A DNA stretch of 54,544 nt from a virus. Made by a program: the position numbers and the translations under genes. Location of the stretch: positions 1-54,544 of IMG/VR virus record IMGVR_UViG_3300045996_001382; one strand, given 5' to 3'. This document shows, piece by piece, positions 1 to 8,881 of the stretch. A model generated the notes under the pieces. The model was given only the letters and a program-made list of their open reading frames with translations, was not told the origin of the DNA and did not search any database. Every line of letters starts with the position of its first letter. Positions within the stretch are counted from its first letter, which is position 1.

Positions 1-127
1 GCCATAAGCCCCGAAATATCCAGATAGCCCACCTTTTTCCAAATTGGCTTTCATTTCTACATTGGTGCCTTGCTTAATTTGCTCAATCATATTGAACACT
101 TCTCCCAATGGACCAAGCATTGTAGTA
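1..127. repeat. Terminal direct repeat, copy 1 (identical to 54418..54544); marks circular closure of the contig
   Basis: Read directly: the first 127 nt (gccataagccccgaaatatcc...caagcattgtagta) are repeated exactly as the last 127 nt of the window. Confidence 0.95.
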
Positions 128-1605
128 ATAGATGCACCCCAACTTTTCCAGTTCTTATCAATTTCATATACGGCTACCGCGGCTAACGCCAAAATGCCTG
201 TTGCTCCAAATATACCAGTCGCTGTCAAGCTACCAGACACTGCGGCAATTGAACTATTCCATAGCCAAGTAGCTGCAGTCGATGCCATAGTGGCCACACG
301 ATAGGCTGTAAGCGCCACTGTGCTTTGGCCAATAGCTATACTTGCTGCTCCGGTAACTGCTCCGGTTACCCCCATTACAACATTGTAAGCAAACAAAGCA
401 ACTTGTACCGCCCAGATAGTACCCTTTAATATCAAAAACCACTTAACAAATGTTATTGCTCGGTCTACTATTTTATCAAGATTATTAGTAACGTACACTA
501 AAATATCCTTCAACCTGTTCATTCCCTTTTGGGCAGAGCTATTACTGATCAGCCAAGTTGCCATTACACCTTTCAATTGCTCCCATTTTGAAGCAAAGGT
601 TTCAGTAGTGATTGCAGCCTGTTTAAGGGCTTCGTTTGTGCCGGTAACGTTATTGGACAGGTCTTTCATTAATTGTGCGCTACGGCCAAGCAAACGACCC
701 TGAGTAACCGCCCTGATTCCGAATAATGAGTTTAAGAACGAATCCCGTTGCTTATCATTTTTTAGGCTCGCCAATTTCGCCCGCATTTCATCAAGCGCAT
801 CATTCAAGCTGAATATTCCGCTTTTATATCCTGCACCGGCGTTCTGTAGGTGGATGATAGCACTTCTTAATGCAGTGCCGGCTTCCGAGCCTTTTAACTG
901 ATACCTGGCCAATGTTTGCGTTAGAGCGATGGATTGCTCCATGGTAACATTCGCTTCTTTTGCAACCGTACCAAAACCACGATAGGATTCAATCTGATCT
1001 TCAATAGATGCTGAACCGTATTTAAACCCTGCTGCTAAAGCGTTGGCCAATCTGTCAGCATCCTTGGCCGGCAATTCAAATTGCGACATGATAGCAATTA
1101 AGCCTTCTGTGGCCGGTGTTAATTCTAATCGGGCTGCCCTGGCTAATGTTATTGCTGAGGTAGTTACCCTGGCAAGCCCTTCCGGTGTTTTAGCCAAATC
1201 GTAGTTTAATTCAGCTATTTTTTCAAATGAAGCAGCAACCACATCCGCACCCATACGGGTAGCTTTGGCAACATTGATCATCTGCCTTTTGTATGGTTCA
1301 AACTGCTGGTCGGTTAGGTCGTTTAATACAACCCGTAAGCCCGCAACGTTCTTTTCAAAATCTATAAGGGTATCACCTGCAGCCCGAAAGCCGCTGAATA
1401 TAGCATAGCTGGCACCAAGTCCAACTGCTTGTTTAGCTAATTTACCAAAAGAAGGTATAAGGGAGTTTATGCCACTGTTTAAAGCATTGATACCAATAGA
1501 TGCTTTTCCGGCAAAACCACCTACCGAGCGTTGCATCCTCTGCACCACACCAGATAGGCGGTCAACTGCTGTAAAGACGGTAGGTACTACTAATGGTGCT
1601 GGCAT
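1..1605 (-). CDS. Tail tape measure protein, N-terminal 535 codons (ORF exits the window at base 1 and continues at 54417)
   Basis: Hand translation from ATG at 1605 is stop-free down to base 1 (MPAPLVVPTVFTAVDRLSG...GSEAGTALRSAIIHLQN...). It has a hydrophobic Gly/Ala-rich C-proximal segment and sits directly after the chaperone pair. It is in frame with the 54130..54537 ORF across the repeat. It is absent from the ORF track only because it is open at the window edge. Confidence 0.85.
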   Translation of the reverse strand, partial: MPAPLVVPTVFTAVDRLSGVVQRMQRSVGGFAGKASIGINALNSGINSLIPSFGKLAKQAVGLGASYAIFSGFRAAGDTLIDFEKNVAGLRVVLNDLTDQQFEPYKRQMINVAKATRMGADVVAASFEKIAELNYDLAKTPEGLARVTTSAITLARAARLELTPATEGLIAIMSQFELPAKDADRLANALAAGFKYGSASIEDQIESYRGFGTVAKEANVTMEQSIALTQTLARYQLKGSEAGTALRSAIIHLQNAGAGYKSGIFSLNDALDEMRAKLASLKNDKQRDSFLNSLFGIRAVTQGRLLGRSAQLMKDLSNNVTGTNEALKQAAITTETFASKWEQLKGVMATWLISNSSAQKGMNRLKDILVYVTNNLDKIVDRAITFVKWFLILKGTIWAVQVALFAYNVVMGVTGAVTGAASIAIGQSTVALTAYRVATMASTAATWLWNSSIAAVSGSLTATGIFGATGILALAAVAVYEIDKNWKSWGASITTMLGPLGEVFNMIEQIKQGTNVEMKANLEKGGLSGYFGAYG

Positions 1606-1606
1606 C

Positions 1607-1801
1607 TTATGGTTTTTCTGGCTTTTGTTGCTCTAATATATCCCCGTACCAAAAAAACAAACCATGATGATCTTTAGCATCCACGTACATCCGATCAATT
1701 TGTTCTGGCGATGCCCAAAAGTAGTTACGGCATATTGATTTTATAACGTTATTTAATTTTGCCGTGGCTTCCGGGCCTATTGAAAAAGTCCTACAAGCTG
1801 A
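1607..1801 (-). CDS. -1 frame extension of the tail assembly chaperone (G/GT or P2 E/E'-type fusion product)
   Basis: The -1 frame is open from 1801 to a TAA at 1607-1609, 1 nt before the tape-measure ATG. It overlaps the last 8 codons of the 1777..2199 ORF. A T5 run (minus strand, 1783-1787) lies inside the 24-nt overlap window. Confidence 0.6.
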   Translation of the reverse strand, partial: SACRTFSIGPEATAKLNNVIKSICRNYFWASPEQIDRMYVDAKDHHGLFFWYGDILEQQKPEKP

Positions 1802-2199
1802 TCAATAATTTTCATATCATGCTTGCCATATTTATCCAACATCGGCACGGATGGCTGCTGTATAAAATAAGCGGTCATCCGGTTTGCAAACGTCAATGTG
1901 TCCTTTTGTAAATCCATTCCTTTTGCCAAAGAAGCCAAGTGTGACTTTGCGATACGGGTTAAGAATTTTACTTCTCCAACCTCAACGCCACCACCTTCCC
2001 TGTTGATTGGCTTTTGCAGGGTAAGCACCGGTGAATCTTTATCTTCTAATATAAGATTTCCACGCATCACTGCTTTTACGCAATCCCAATAATCGCGGGT
2101 GATATCTTCTTCTGTTTTAGGTTCATCAAGATGATACTCGATAAATTCTTTTAGTTCCTTAACGGCAACATCTTCGGCAACATTAAATTCCTGCAGCAT
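1777..2199 (-). CDS. Tail assembly chaperone (P2 gpE / family E-41-14-like)
   Basis: 140-aa ORF between tube and tape measure. The segment LTLQKPINREGGGVEVGEVKFL resembles the conserved core of contractile-tail chaperones. It has a downstream overlapping -1 frame. Confidence 0.7.
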   Translation of the reverse strand: MLQEFNVAEDVAVKELKEFIEYHLDEPKTEEDITRDYWDCVKAVMRGNLILEDKDSPVLTLQKPINREGGGVEVGEVKFLTRIAKSHLASLAKGMDLQKDTLTFANRMTAYFIQQPSVPMLDKYGKHDMKIIDQLVGLFQ

Positions 2200-2215
2200 G
2201 ATTTGTTTTTTACGG

Positions 2216-2626
2216 TTAAATTAATGATATTAATTGACCACCACCTTGTATCTTGATAGTGCTTTGTGCTGTGTTAGTATCAAATGGCAGCTCGCCTACA
2301 AAACGGCCGGTACCTTTTAATATTTGTCCTGATACCAGAGTTATGGTAAAGGTAGTGTCCTGTTGGGCAGAAGCCAAAACGGTTAAGTCCTGTATTCCGT
2401 TACCCGAAAGGAAGTCAACAGATACCGGACCTTCAAAGCTCCACCTGGTTCTGTTTACTTGCCAAATGGCTTGACCATTTCCGGTCACACCATTGGTATC
2501 ATCGTTATTTCTGAAACCACCGGTTGAACCGGTATATGATTCTGCTGCCTTTGGCGAGAATCTAAAGGATCCCGCGGTCGGGTTTTGTGCTACTATCTCC
2601 AGTACGTCACCACCTATAAAGCTCAT
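2216..2626 (-). CDS. Tail tube protein (by position and size)
   Basis: 136-aa ORF immediately downstream of the sheath gene and upstream of the chaperone pair. Confidence 0.6.
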   Translation of the reverse strand: MSFIGGDVLEIVAQNPTAGSFRFSPKAAESYTGSTGGFRNNDDTNGVTGNGQAIWQVNRTRWSFEGPVSVDFLSGNGIQDLTVLASAQQDTTFTITLVSGQILKGTGRFVGELPFDTNTAQSTIKIQGGGQLISLI

Positions 2627-2648
2627 ATTTCTTTAGTTTAATGTTATG

Positions 2649-4163
2649 TTAAAACCCTACGGTTACAGTTGTTGATTCTATTTCGGTTGTACCAGTACGT
2701 TTGTAACTGAATGTAGTGTTAAAACGATTCGGGTTAGTTGGGTCAATTTCTATCACCACCGAATCTCTGCTAAATTCAGGGTCATTGATCAATCCCAATT
2801 CGGCCAGTGCATCAAAATAGGTAAACAAAACAGACTTCCAGTCTGCCGGTTTAATCACATCTTGAACCGATGTATATTGACCGTCAGCAACTATGGTTTT
2901 GTCTTTAAGATATAAATCTTCTAAACGACCATAGCCATATTTCACATTCCAGTCAATAACCAGGTAACGTGCTTCGCTGAATATCAAAGGTATTTCGCCG
3001 TCAGGGTGATAGGTTGTAACCAGGTCCTGAACTTTGTATGCACCGTCTTTTAATGTAACTGTGCTACATCCCGCTTTTCTAAGTGCGTCTCGGTTAGCAT
3101 ATATTGACATTTCGCCAATAGTATTGCTTTCCGGAATAGGCATATCAGGATATGATTGACCAGCTACGGTTAAATGTGGTTTGCTTTGGGCGACGTTAGC
3201 AAATAAAAGTACCATGTTAGCTGCCGCTTCATAAGGCATGCCTGCACTTCCAGGTGCAGGGCAAAGAACGTTAGTAACATTCTGAACACGAGCATCCGCG
3301 TCTGTAATAGCTATCAGGGCGGATGTTGTTGCCAACGTACTGCCGAAGAATGCTAATATAGGCTTCCACACCATAGGTGCATAACGGCCGGTTGGGTTGT
3401 CGTTATCCGGAATGCCATTGAAATCTTCCAGGTCAGTAAGTGTTACTGTACCATAACTGTTGATCACCAATGTGTTCCACTCATCTTCAAACAAAGCCAA
3501 AGCTGCTGCAATTGATGGGCTTCCGGTACCTGCCGTGTTTGATGTAACTACATACGTTACACCTGCAGTGTTTCCGTCAACATCTGGAATACCAGTTAGC
3601 CCAGCGCCTGTTGCACCCTTCCATTTTGCTGTCAATGTTAACACCCCCAACGCACTAGATGCGGTAACCGGTGCGCCCAATACGGCATTGATAGCCGTTA
3701 CATATTTTGCTGCAATAACAGTAGGGGTATCGCCAGTTACAATATTTACAGCATAAGTAGAAAAATCTAACGATTCTCTACCAGCTATGTTTATATAATG
3801 CGTTTTATTGGCAGTAGCTGTTCCTGTAATGGTTATTACTATAACCGTAGCGGTAGCACCACCGGGCTCATCTTGTGCCATAACATATACCGGCACACTG
3901 ATTCCAGTTCCACTTACGGGGAATAAAATACGAGCGATTTGATGTATCGGGCTACCATAACCATATTTCTGACCAGCTTGCGCGGCAGTGGTTATTTGAA
4001 CCGAATCATTGACCAATGTTGATTGATTTGCGGTGTTAGCTTCACCTAAGATAACTACCTTTTGGGGCAAATACGGCGTACCGGTGCTAAAGTTACCCTT
4101 GTTTAGTTGATAACCGGAGGTACGGCTTATGCTGCCTGCCGGTACTGCTGTTGAGATTGCCAT
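2649..4163 (-). CDS. Contractile tail sheath protein
   Basis: 504-aa ORF preceding the tube, chaperone and tape-measure genes. Size and order are typical of Mu/P2-type sheaths. Confidence 0.7.
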   Translation of the reverse strand: MAISTAVPAGSISRTSGYQLNKGNFSTGTPYLPQKVVILGEANTANQSTLVNDSVQITTAAQAGQKYGYGSPIHQIARILFPVSGTGISVPVYVMAQDEPGGATATVIVITITGTATANKTHYINIAGRESLDFSTYAVNIVTGDTPTVIAAKYVTAINAVLGAPVTASSALGVLTLTAKWKGATGAGLTGIPDVDGNTAGVTYVVTSNTAGTGSPSIAAALALFEDEWNTLVINSYGTVTLTDLEDFNGIPDNDNPTGRYAPMVWKPILAFFGSTLATTSALIAITDADARVQNVTNVLCPAPGSAGMPYEAAANMVLLFANVAQSKPHLTVAGQSYPDMPIPESNTIGEMSIYANRDALRKAGCSTVTLKDGAYKVQDLVTTYHPDGEIPLIFSEARYLVIDWNVKYGYGRLEDLYLKDKTIVADGQYTSVQDVIKPADWKSVLFTYFDALAELGLINDPEFSRDSVVIEIDPTNPNRFNTTFSYKRTGTTEIESTTVTVGF

Positions 4164-4180
4164 TTTTTAATTTTTTGTTG

Positions 4181-4825
4181 TTAGTTATCGAAAACGAATA
4201 TATATCCTTTTTCTGTATTTTCCAATTTAACTTTTGTGTTGTTTATTTCCAATGCTACCCCTTCCCAAACATCCGCTATTTCCTGCGCCCTAACCATAAC
4301 ATGAATACGGGCGAAGCTGGTATAATCTGAATCTTTCCTTTTATGCGGATCCTGTACCATGAACTTTTCTACATACACACCACCAATGATACCCGATTGC
4401 AGTGGCAAACCCAATTGCCTGTATTGTGCAGACCTGAATATATACATGCACATACGCATAAATTTATCCCTTCTGGTCGCGCTGTCGGTGCTTGATATAC
4501 CTGAACTATGGATATCAATAAAATAACGGTACATACCTGTTGCCTGGCTTTGGCTTTGCTCAACATATTCACCGGTGTCGGGCAAAATGTTAATAGTAAT
4601 TTCATTCACAGCATCAGTAGGTATCATGCTTTCCAATAATATCTGCCCTTCGATTTCTTCTGGAAATGCGTTTACTTCTAATTCCGGGTCCTCGTTTAGT
4701 GTCTTTTGATTAGTAAGTTCTATCAATAAGATAGCGCCCAAAGCATCACGACAAATTTCGTATGAAGAAGGTGGAATGATATGGGTGATAATAGCCGGCA
4801 TTACTGATCTCTGCTGATTATGCAA
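4181..4825 (-). CDS. Hypothetical virion protein (neck / tail-terminator position)
   Basis: 214-aa ORF between the head-completion ORFs and the sheath. No motif recognised. Confidence 0.5.
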   Translation of the reverse strand: MHNQQRSVMPAIITHIIPPSSYEICRDALGAILLIELTNQKTLNEDPELEVNAFPEEIEGQILLESMIPTDAVNEITINILPDTGEYVEQSQSQATGMYRYFIDIHSSGISSTDSATRRDKFMRMCMYIFRSAQYRQLGLPLQSGIIGGVYVEKFMVQDPHKRKDSDYTSFARIHVMVRAQEIADVWEGVALEINNTKVKLENTEKGYIFVFDN

Positions 4826-5184
4826 ACCATCAGTCCTAGGGTGGCATTTGGATGCTGTTCTGAAATTTTATAAGTTCCGTCAGTACCAGTTGAATTAGCC
4901 AACACTACTTTGTGGCCAATAAGGTTAGGTCTACCATTTTTGGTGTAAGGATAAGCGGCGGCAATTAATTGGGTTTCTGGTATAGTAATAGAGTTCGATG
5001 AACTGTTAACAATCTTTCCAGAATTAAGGTCATCGAAAGTAACCCACGTACCTGTGCCCAATCCTGTCACGGTTAGCGAAACGGAATTATCAGGTGTAGA
5101 AATAACGGCAGTGACTTGGAAGCCGCCTGCCGTTACTATCTTTGCTGCGTCCTGTCGCGCTAATTGGTACAGGTTGCCAGTCAT
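4801..5184 (-). CDS. Hypothetical head-tail adaptor/closure-like protein
   Basis: 127-aa ORF downstream of the capsid gene. Assignment is by position only. Confidence 0.45.
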   Translation of the reverse strand: MTGNLYQLARQDAAKIVTAGGFQVTAVISTPDNSVSLTVTGLGTGTWVTFDDLNSGKIVNSSSNSITIPETQLIAAAYPYTKNGRPNLIGHKVVLANSTGTDGTYKISEQHPNATLGLMVCIISRDQ

Positions 5185-5501
5185 TATTTTATCAGTTTTT
5201 TCACTGGTTGGTTGCCGGTGTTTTTACTGTCATGAGCAGCTTCGCCGTCTTTTTTATCATCAATTTCATCTTCCAGGTCGGCAATGATTTCAATTTTTTT
5301 CACGCCATCGTTTTCAGCTTCTTTTTTTTCTTCGATATCGTTTTCTTTATCGAAATCAGATTTGAATTTGATATAGCCTTCATCATGGCGGGTTTCAGGG
5401 TTATCAATTTGATCTGCTCTTACTTCCTGGCCGTATTTAGCCATTTTTCCGTTTTTTAACAATATTGCAGGTACTGCTACTTTGTACACTTTTACTGACA
5501 T
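5184..5501 (-). CDS. Hypothetical acidic protein
   Basis: 105-aa ORF with ATGA-type coupling to its neighbours. The C-terminal half is rich in D/E/K. Confidence 0.5.
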   Translation of the reverse strand: MSVKVYKVAVPAILLKNGKMAKYGQEVRADQIDNPETRHDEGYIKFKSDFDKENDIEEKKEAENDGVKKIEIIADLEDEIDDKKDGEAAHDSKNTGNQPVKKLIK

Positions 5502-5503
5502 AA

Positions 5504-6574
5504 TTAATCTACTTGATATGTGAATATTCTATCAACAGAGCGTGGGATAACCAACGGTGCTGATTCTACAATAAACTCCCATGACTTCTTAACCTGGTCA
5601 ATAACGTCATGCACCAGATATTCGGCTTCAACCGGCGCAACGTATTGGCCAGAGAATTGGTCACCGAATACAAACGGAATACCCGCGTAAACAGTTACAC
5701 CATCAAAATCATCTGGTAACATGATCACCATGTCATCGCCGATATATTTTGATTTAGTGCCGTTAGCATTCTCGTAAACATCATTATATGTCCAGATGTT
5801 AAACAAGTAATCAGTACCACCAATTTGGCCTTGGAAGTTCATACCTGTTTTATTGTTGATCTGAGGCATATCAATGTTAACACGACGTATCTGGTTAAAG
5901 ATAGCTGCCACTGATAATACTTTGGCACTTGTCATAAACTCGCTGAATGCTGTTGCACCCATGATTACGTTGATAGTGCCGCCTGCAGATAGCCCTTCAT
6001 CACGCAAGAAAGTTGCGCCTGCTGAAAGGTCAGCTACCGGATCAGAAGTTGAAGTTTGTGACCAACGTCTTGTGCCGGTTAAAACTTCCATTGATTCCGC
6101 TTTTCTGCGGTAGTCAATGCTATCGCCATTAATCATGGTAACGGTACCGTATTGTAATACAGAAGCACGTTGCAAGTTAACGGCACGGTCAATTTTATTT
6201 TTTAACTCTGCCAGGTACCTGTTGGCACTTGATATCAACGTATCAACGTTAACGCTGTTTGGCGCTACACCCATACCGAAGGTTACATCGTAAGCCTGGC
6301 ATGCAGTGAAGTCAAAGCTCTCACTAAAGAACGGCGGTTCAAAAATCTTTTCAGTTGATTTACTGAAAGTATTACGGTTAGGGTCTGTACAACGTTGTAC
6401 ATCAACAGCTACAAGCTGTCTGTTCCTCATTACCTCAAATGAAACTTGCTTGGCCCTTGTGGTGATAGAAGGGAAAAACGCTGCTAAACCTGGTAGTGGT
6501 GCGCGGCTGTCGGTAAAACCTTTGATTACCGCCTGGGTTACACCGAAACGGTGTTGATTTAAAGATATTGCCAT
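5504..6574 (-). CDS. Major capsid protein, lambda gpE family
   Basis: 356-aa ORF that follows the protease and decoration-like genes as in lambda (C-D-E order). Length and overall pattern resemble gpE-type capsid proteins. Confidence 0.8.
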   Translation of the reverse strand: MAISLNQHRFGVTQAVIKGFTDSRAPLPGLAAFFPSITTRAKQVSFEVMRNRQLVAVDVQRCTDPNRNTFSKSTEKIFEPPFFSESFDFTACQAYDVTFGMGVAPNSVNVDTLISSANRYLAELKNKIDRAVNLQRASVLQYGTVTMINGDSIDYRRKAESMEVLTGTRRWSQTSTSDPVADLSAGATFLRDEGLSAGGTINVIMGATAFSEFMTSAKVLSVAAIFNQIRRVNIDMPQINNKTGMNFQGQIGGTDYLFNIWTYNDVYENANGTKSKYIGDDMVIMLPDDFDGVTVYAGIPFVFGDQFSGQYVAPVEAEYLVHDVIDQVKKSWEFIVESAPLVIPRSVDRIFTYQVD

Positions 6575-6578
6575 GGTC

Positions 6579-7340
6579 TTAGTTGTCGAATTTTGTGTTT
6601 TCTACCGTAGATGTATCAACGTGTAAGCCTAAGCTTTCTAATACATCCCTTAATTCCTTGTTACCTACAACGGTTTCAAGCGTAACACCAGAAGGCAACG
6701 TCAACAGGTTTCCATCTATGGTGCCTTTGGTACAAATGTTACATGCAATGCTATCGCCTGAGCCAAGAGCATTCACACCTTCTATTGCTACAACGCCGAT
6801 AACGTCTGCTAAGTTAGAAGATGTAACTGGTATGAAACCGGAACCTGTGGTTGCAGCACCCTGAGTATATACCCAAGTTGGTGAATCGCCGGTACCTGTA
6901 GCTACTAAATCGGTTTTACTACCACTGGTTAGTGCAGTGAAAGTCACTGATGCGCCAGTAGAATCTCCGGTTGAGTAATTTGCTAACGTGCCTGAATAAG
7001 CGCCTGTTGCGGTTCCCGCACCTGTAGTAGCTCCTGCATCCAAATTAGCGAAAGCTGCGGCAAGTTCTGCTGCGGTAGTCGCTCCTGTTGAAGTATAAGT
7101 TAAACCAGCAATAATCATTGTTTCACCAGCGGTTAGCGGAGCGAAAGTTGCGGTTGCGGTTTCATAGGTGCCTGCCGCTCGGGCGGCCAGATAACCTGAT
7201 TTTAAATTAATAGTGGTGGCCCCGTTGTTTTTATATGTTCCTGGAACAAAACGGTTGTCAAAAATGAATATGCGGTCAACGCTAAAGTCTGCTGTAGACT
7301 GATTGCGGGTTGCGCCTCTTACTGTTACATCTACGCCCAT
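6579..7340 (-). CDS. Head decoration-like protein with Ala/Gly/Thr-rich insertion
   Basis: 253-aa ORF in the gpD position, between protease and capsid. The central ~110 aa are low-complexity A/G/T/S (TATATFAPLTAGE...GAATTGSG). Confidence 0.5.
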   Translation of the reverse strand: MGVDVTVRGATRNQSTADFSVDRIFIFDNRFVPGTYKNNGATTINLKSGYLAARAAGTYETATATFAPLTAGETMIIAGLTYTSTGATTAAELAAAFANLDAGATTGAGTATGAYSGTLANYSTGDSTGASVTFTALTSGSKTDLVATGTGDSPTWVYTQGAATTGSGFIPVTSSNLADVIGVVAIEGVNALGSGDSIACNICTKGTIDGNLLTLPSGVTLETVVGNKELRDVLESLGLHVDTSTVENTKFDN

Positions 7341-7342
7341 GA

Positions 7343-8605
7343 TTAGTTAAGTGAAGGGTTAGCGTTAAGGGTCACAGAATGTTTCCCGTAAATTGATTCA
7401 AACTCTTTTTCATCCTCAGTAGACACTTTTGCACCAGCGGCGGCTGCCTGCTCAGTTACTACTGCTCCCGGGCTTCCGTCCGCAAGGTCAGCAAGTTTTT
7501 GGCTTGATGCCGCTTTTAGTAGGAATGCGCTTCTTTCCGATTCAGTAATAGGTAAACCACTGGCAATACCTTTGTTTACTGCTTCTTGGTCTACTCCGGC
7601 AAACACTTGCCAGGTCTTAACCCTTTCGCGTTCTGAATTTGCACCAGCATTAAATATCTCGGTGTAAGATTCAGGATGCTGACTTTTGATTTCGTCTGCC
7701 TTCATAGCTTTTTTATTTTTGTTATTTAAAGTTAATTTATTACTTGTTTTTTCATTCTCAACCTTGATGTAAGCAACCGCTTCTGCCAATCCACCTATTT
7801 CATCAACCAAAACACCCATGGTATCTTTGGCTTTATAAACAGATCCGTTTAGTTGCGCGTCGGTAACTCCTGGACGCTTACTTCTCATATCTTCGCGGAA
7901 GTCGTTAGCATGTGGGTTTAAGATTTGCTCTTTGGCTAGTTTATAATCATCATTATTAACCGCCTCTATAAACCATTTATTTTTTTCAGTGCTGGCGTCC
8001 GCATAAATAGTTACTTGTTTTTCACCGTGCACATTGATGCTTTTGTCCGGTTGGGCCTTAAATGAAATTAAAGTTCCAATTGAACCAACTTCAACCTTTT
8101 CGGTTTCCGCGAATATTCTACCGGTATGAGCTGCTATTCCATACATGGCCGAACCTGCCATACCACCACGAGTAACAACAGTAGCGGTGGGCTTGGTAGC
8201 ACTATCAAGTGCATGTTGCATGATTTCCATGCCCGCTGCTGAACCGCCACCGCTGTCTGCCATTATCACATGGCCGATAATGTTATCGTCTTTATCCAAC
8301 AGCATGAGCATGGCCGATATTTCATCCATGCCCCTGCTGCTCATGCCGCCGTTTTTAATGATAGGGCCGTTGATTGTAATTACAGAAACCATTGGTTCCT
8401 TTTTTACATCTGTCGCTGAATCTGCCGTAACAGTAGAATTTGAAAGAACATTGAATCGTGCTATGCTGTTAAGTTTTTCGGAAACGTTGTCGGATTGAAC
8501 GCCACTTCTGAAATCTTTTAGCATCGCTGATAGGGTTGTGAAGCTCATTTGGTCAACCATCCAAACACCACCACCGTAAATTTCTCGTGCTAAAGCATAA
8601 TTCAT
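7343..8605 (-). CDS. Head maturation protease, S49 (SppA/ClpP-like) family, with C-terminal scaffold-like region
   Basis: Motifs MADSGGGSAAG and GGMAGSAMYGIAAH...VEVGSIGT match the S49 peptidase signature. It sits in the lambda gpC position after the portal. Confidence 0.85.
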   Translation of the reverse strand: MNYALAREIYGGGVWMVDQMSFTTLSAMLKDFRSGVQSDNVSEKLNSIARFNVLSNSTVTADSATDVKKEPMVSVITINGPIIKNGGMSSRGMDEISAMLMLLDKDDNIIGHVIMADSGGGSAAGMEIMQHALDSATKPTATVVTRGGMAGSAMYGIAAHTGRIFAETEKVEVGSIGTLISFKAQPDKSINVHGEKQVTIYADASTEKNKWFIEAVNNDDYKLAKEQILNPHANDFREDMRSKRPGVTDAQLNGSVYKAKDTMGVLVDEIGGLAEAVAYIKVENEKTSNKLTLNNKNKKAMKADEIKSQHPESYTEIFNAGANSERERVKTWQVFAGVDQEAVNKGIASGLPITESERSAFLLKAASSQKLADLADGSPGAVVTEQAAAAGAKVSTEDEKEFESIYGKHSVTLNANPSLN

Positions 8606-8650
8606 GTTGATAAAAGTATGTCGAATTTTAACAACTTTAAAAAAAATCGT

Positions 8651-8690
8651 TTCACAGTATTGTGAATTTCAATGCGCATAGCTATATTTG
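8651..8690 (+). promoter_or_regulatory. Perfect palindrome TTCACAgtatTGTGAA overlapping a promoter-like ATTG-N20-TATATTTG
   Basis: Palindrome at 8651-8666; TAnnTTTG-type box TATATTTG at 8683-8690 on the plus strand. Confidence 0.3.
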
Positions 8691-8796
8691 AGCGTGTCAG
8701 AACAGGAACTTTTTAACGAAATCACATCAAAACCCAAGTGGTATGCTGGCTATACTACAGCGTCCAACGCGTCAAATATTAAAAAGAGATATAAAG

Positions 8797-8834
8797 AAAA
8801 AAGCCTGCAGCATACTACGCTGATCAGGCTTTTT
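8797..8834. terminator. Bidirectional rho-independent terminator-like hairpin between portal and protease genes
   Basis: A6-GCCTGCAGC-atactac-GCTGatCAGGC-T5: a 9-bp stem with a 2-nt bulge, flanked by an A-run and a T-run. Confidence 0.6.
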
Positions 8835-8881
8835 AATTATTTTGGGTTTAAGTTTACTGGATCCTGGGAGAAGTATAATTA

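Noticed and set aside
1-127. The 127-bp terminal repeat as genuine physical direct terminal repeats of the virion DNA
   Set aside because: The repeat lies in the middle of the tape-measure coding sequence, and the terminase is GpA (cos-type) family. An assembly overlap of a circular or permuted molecule is more parsimonious. This cannot be excluded without read-terminus data.
44-442. Track ORFs 44..304 (+) and 254..442 (-) at the window start
   Set aside because: Both lie inside the stop-free minus-strand tape-measure frame (1..1605), which has clear tape-measure-like sequence. They are alternative-frame or antisense shadows. The real ORF was missed only because it is open at the window edge.
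5142-5459. 105-aa plus-strand Phe-rich ORF (and 5054..5287)
   Set aside because: It is antisense to the acidic 5184..5501 gene. The poly-F arises from reading GAA/AAA-rich coding sequence backwards.
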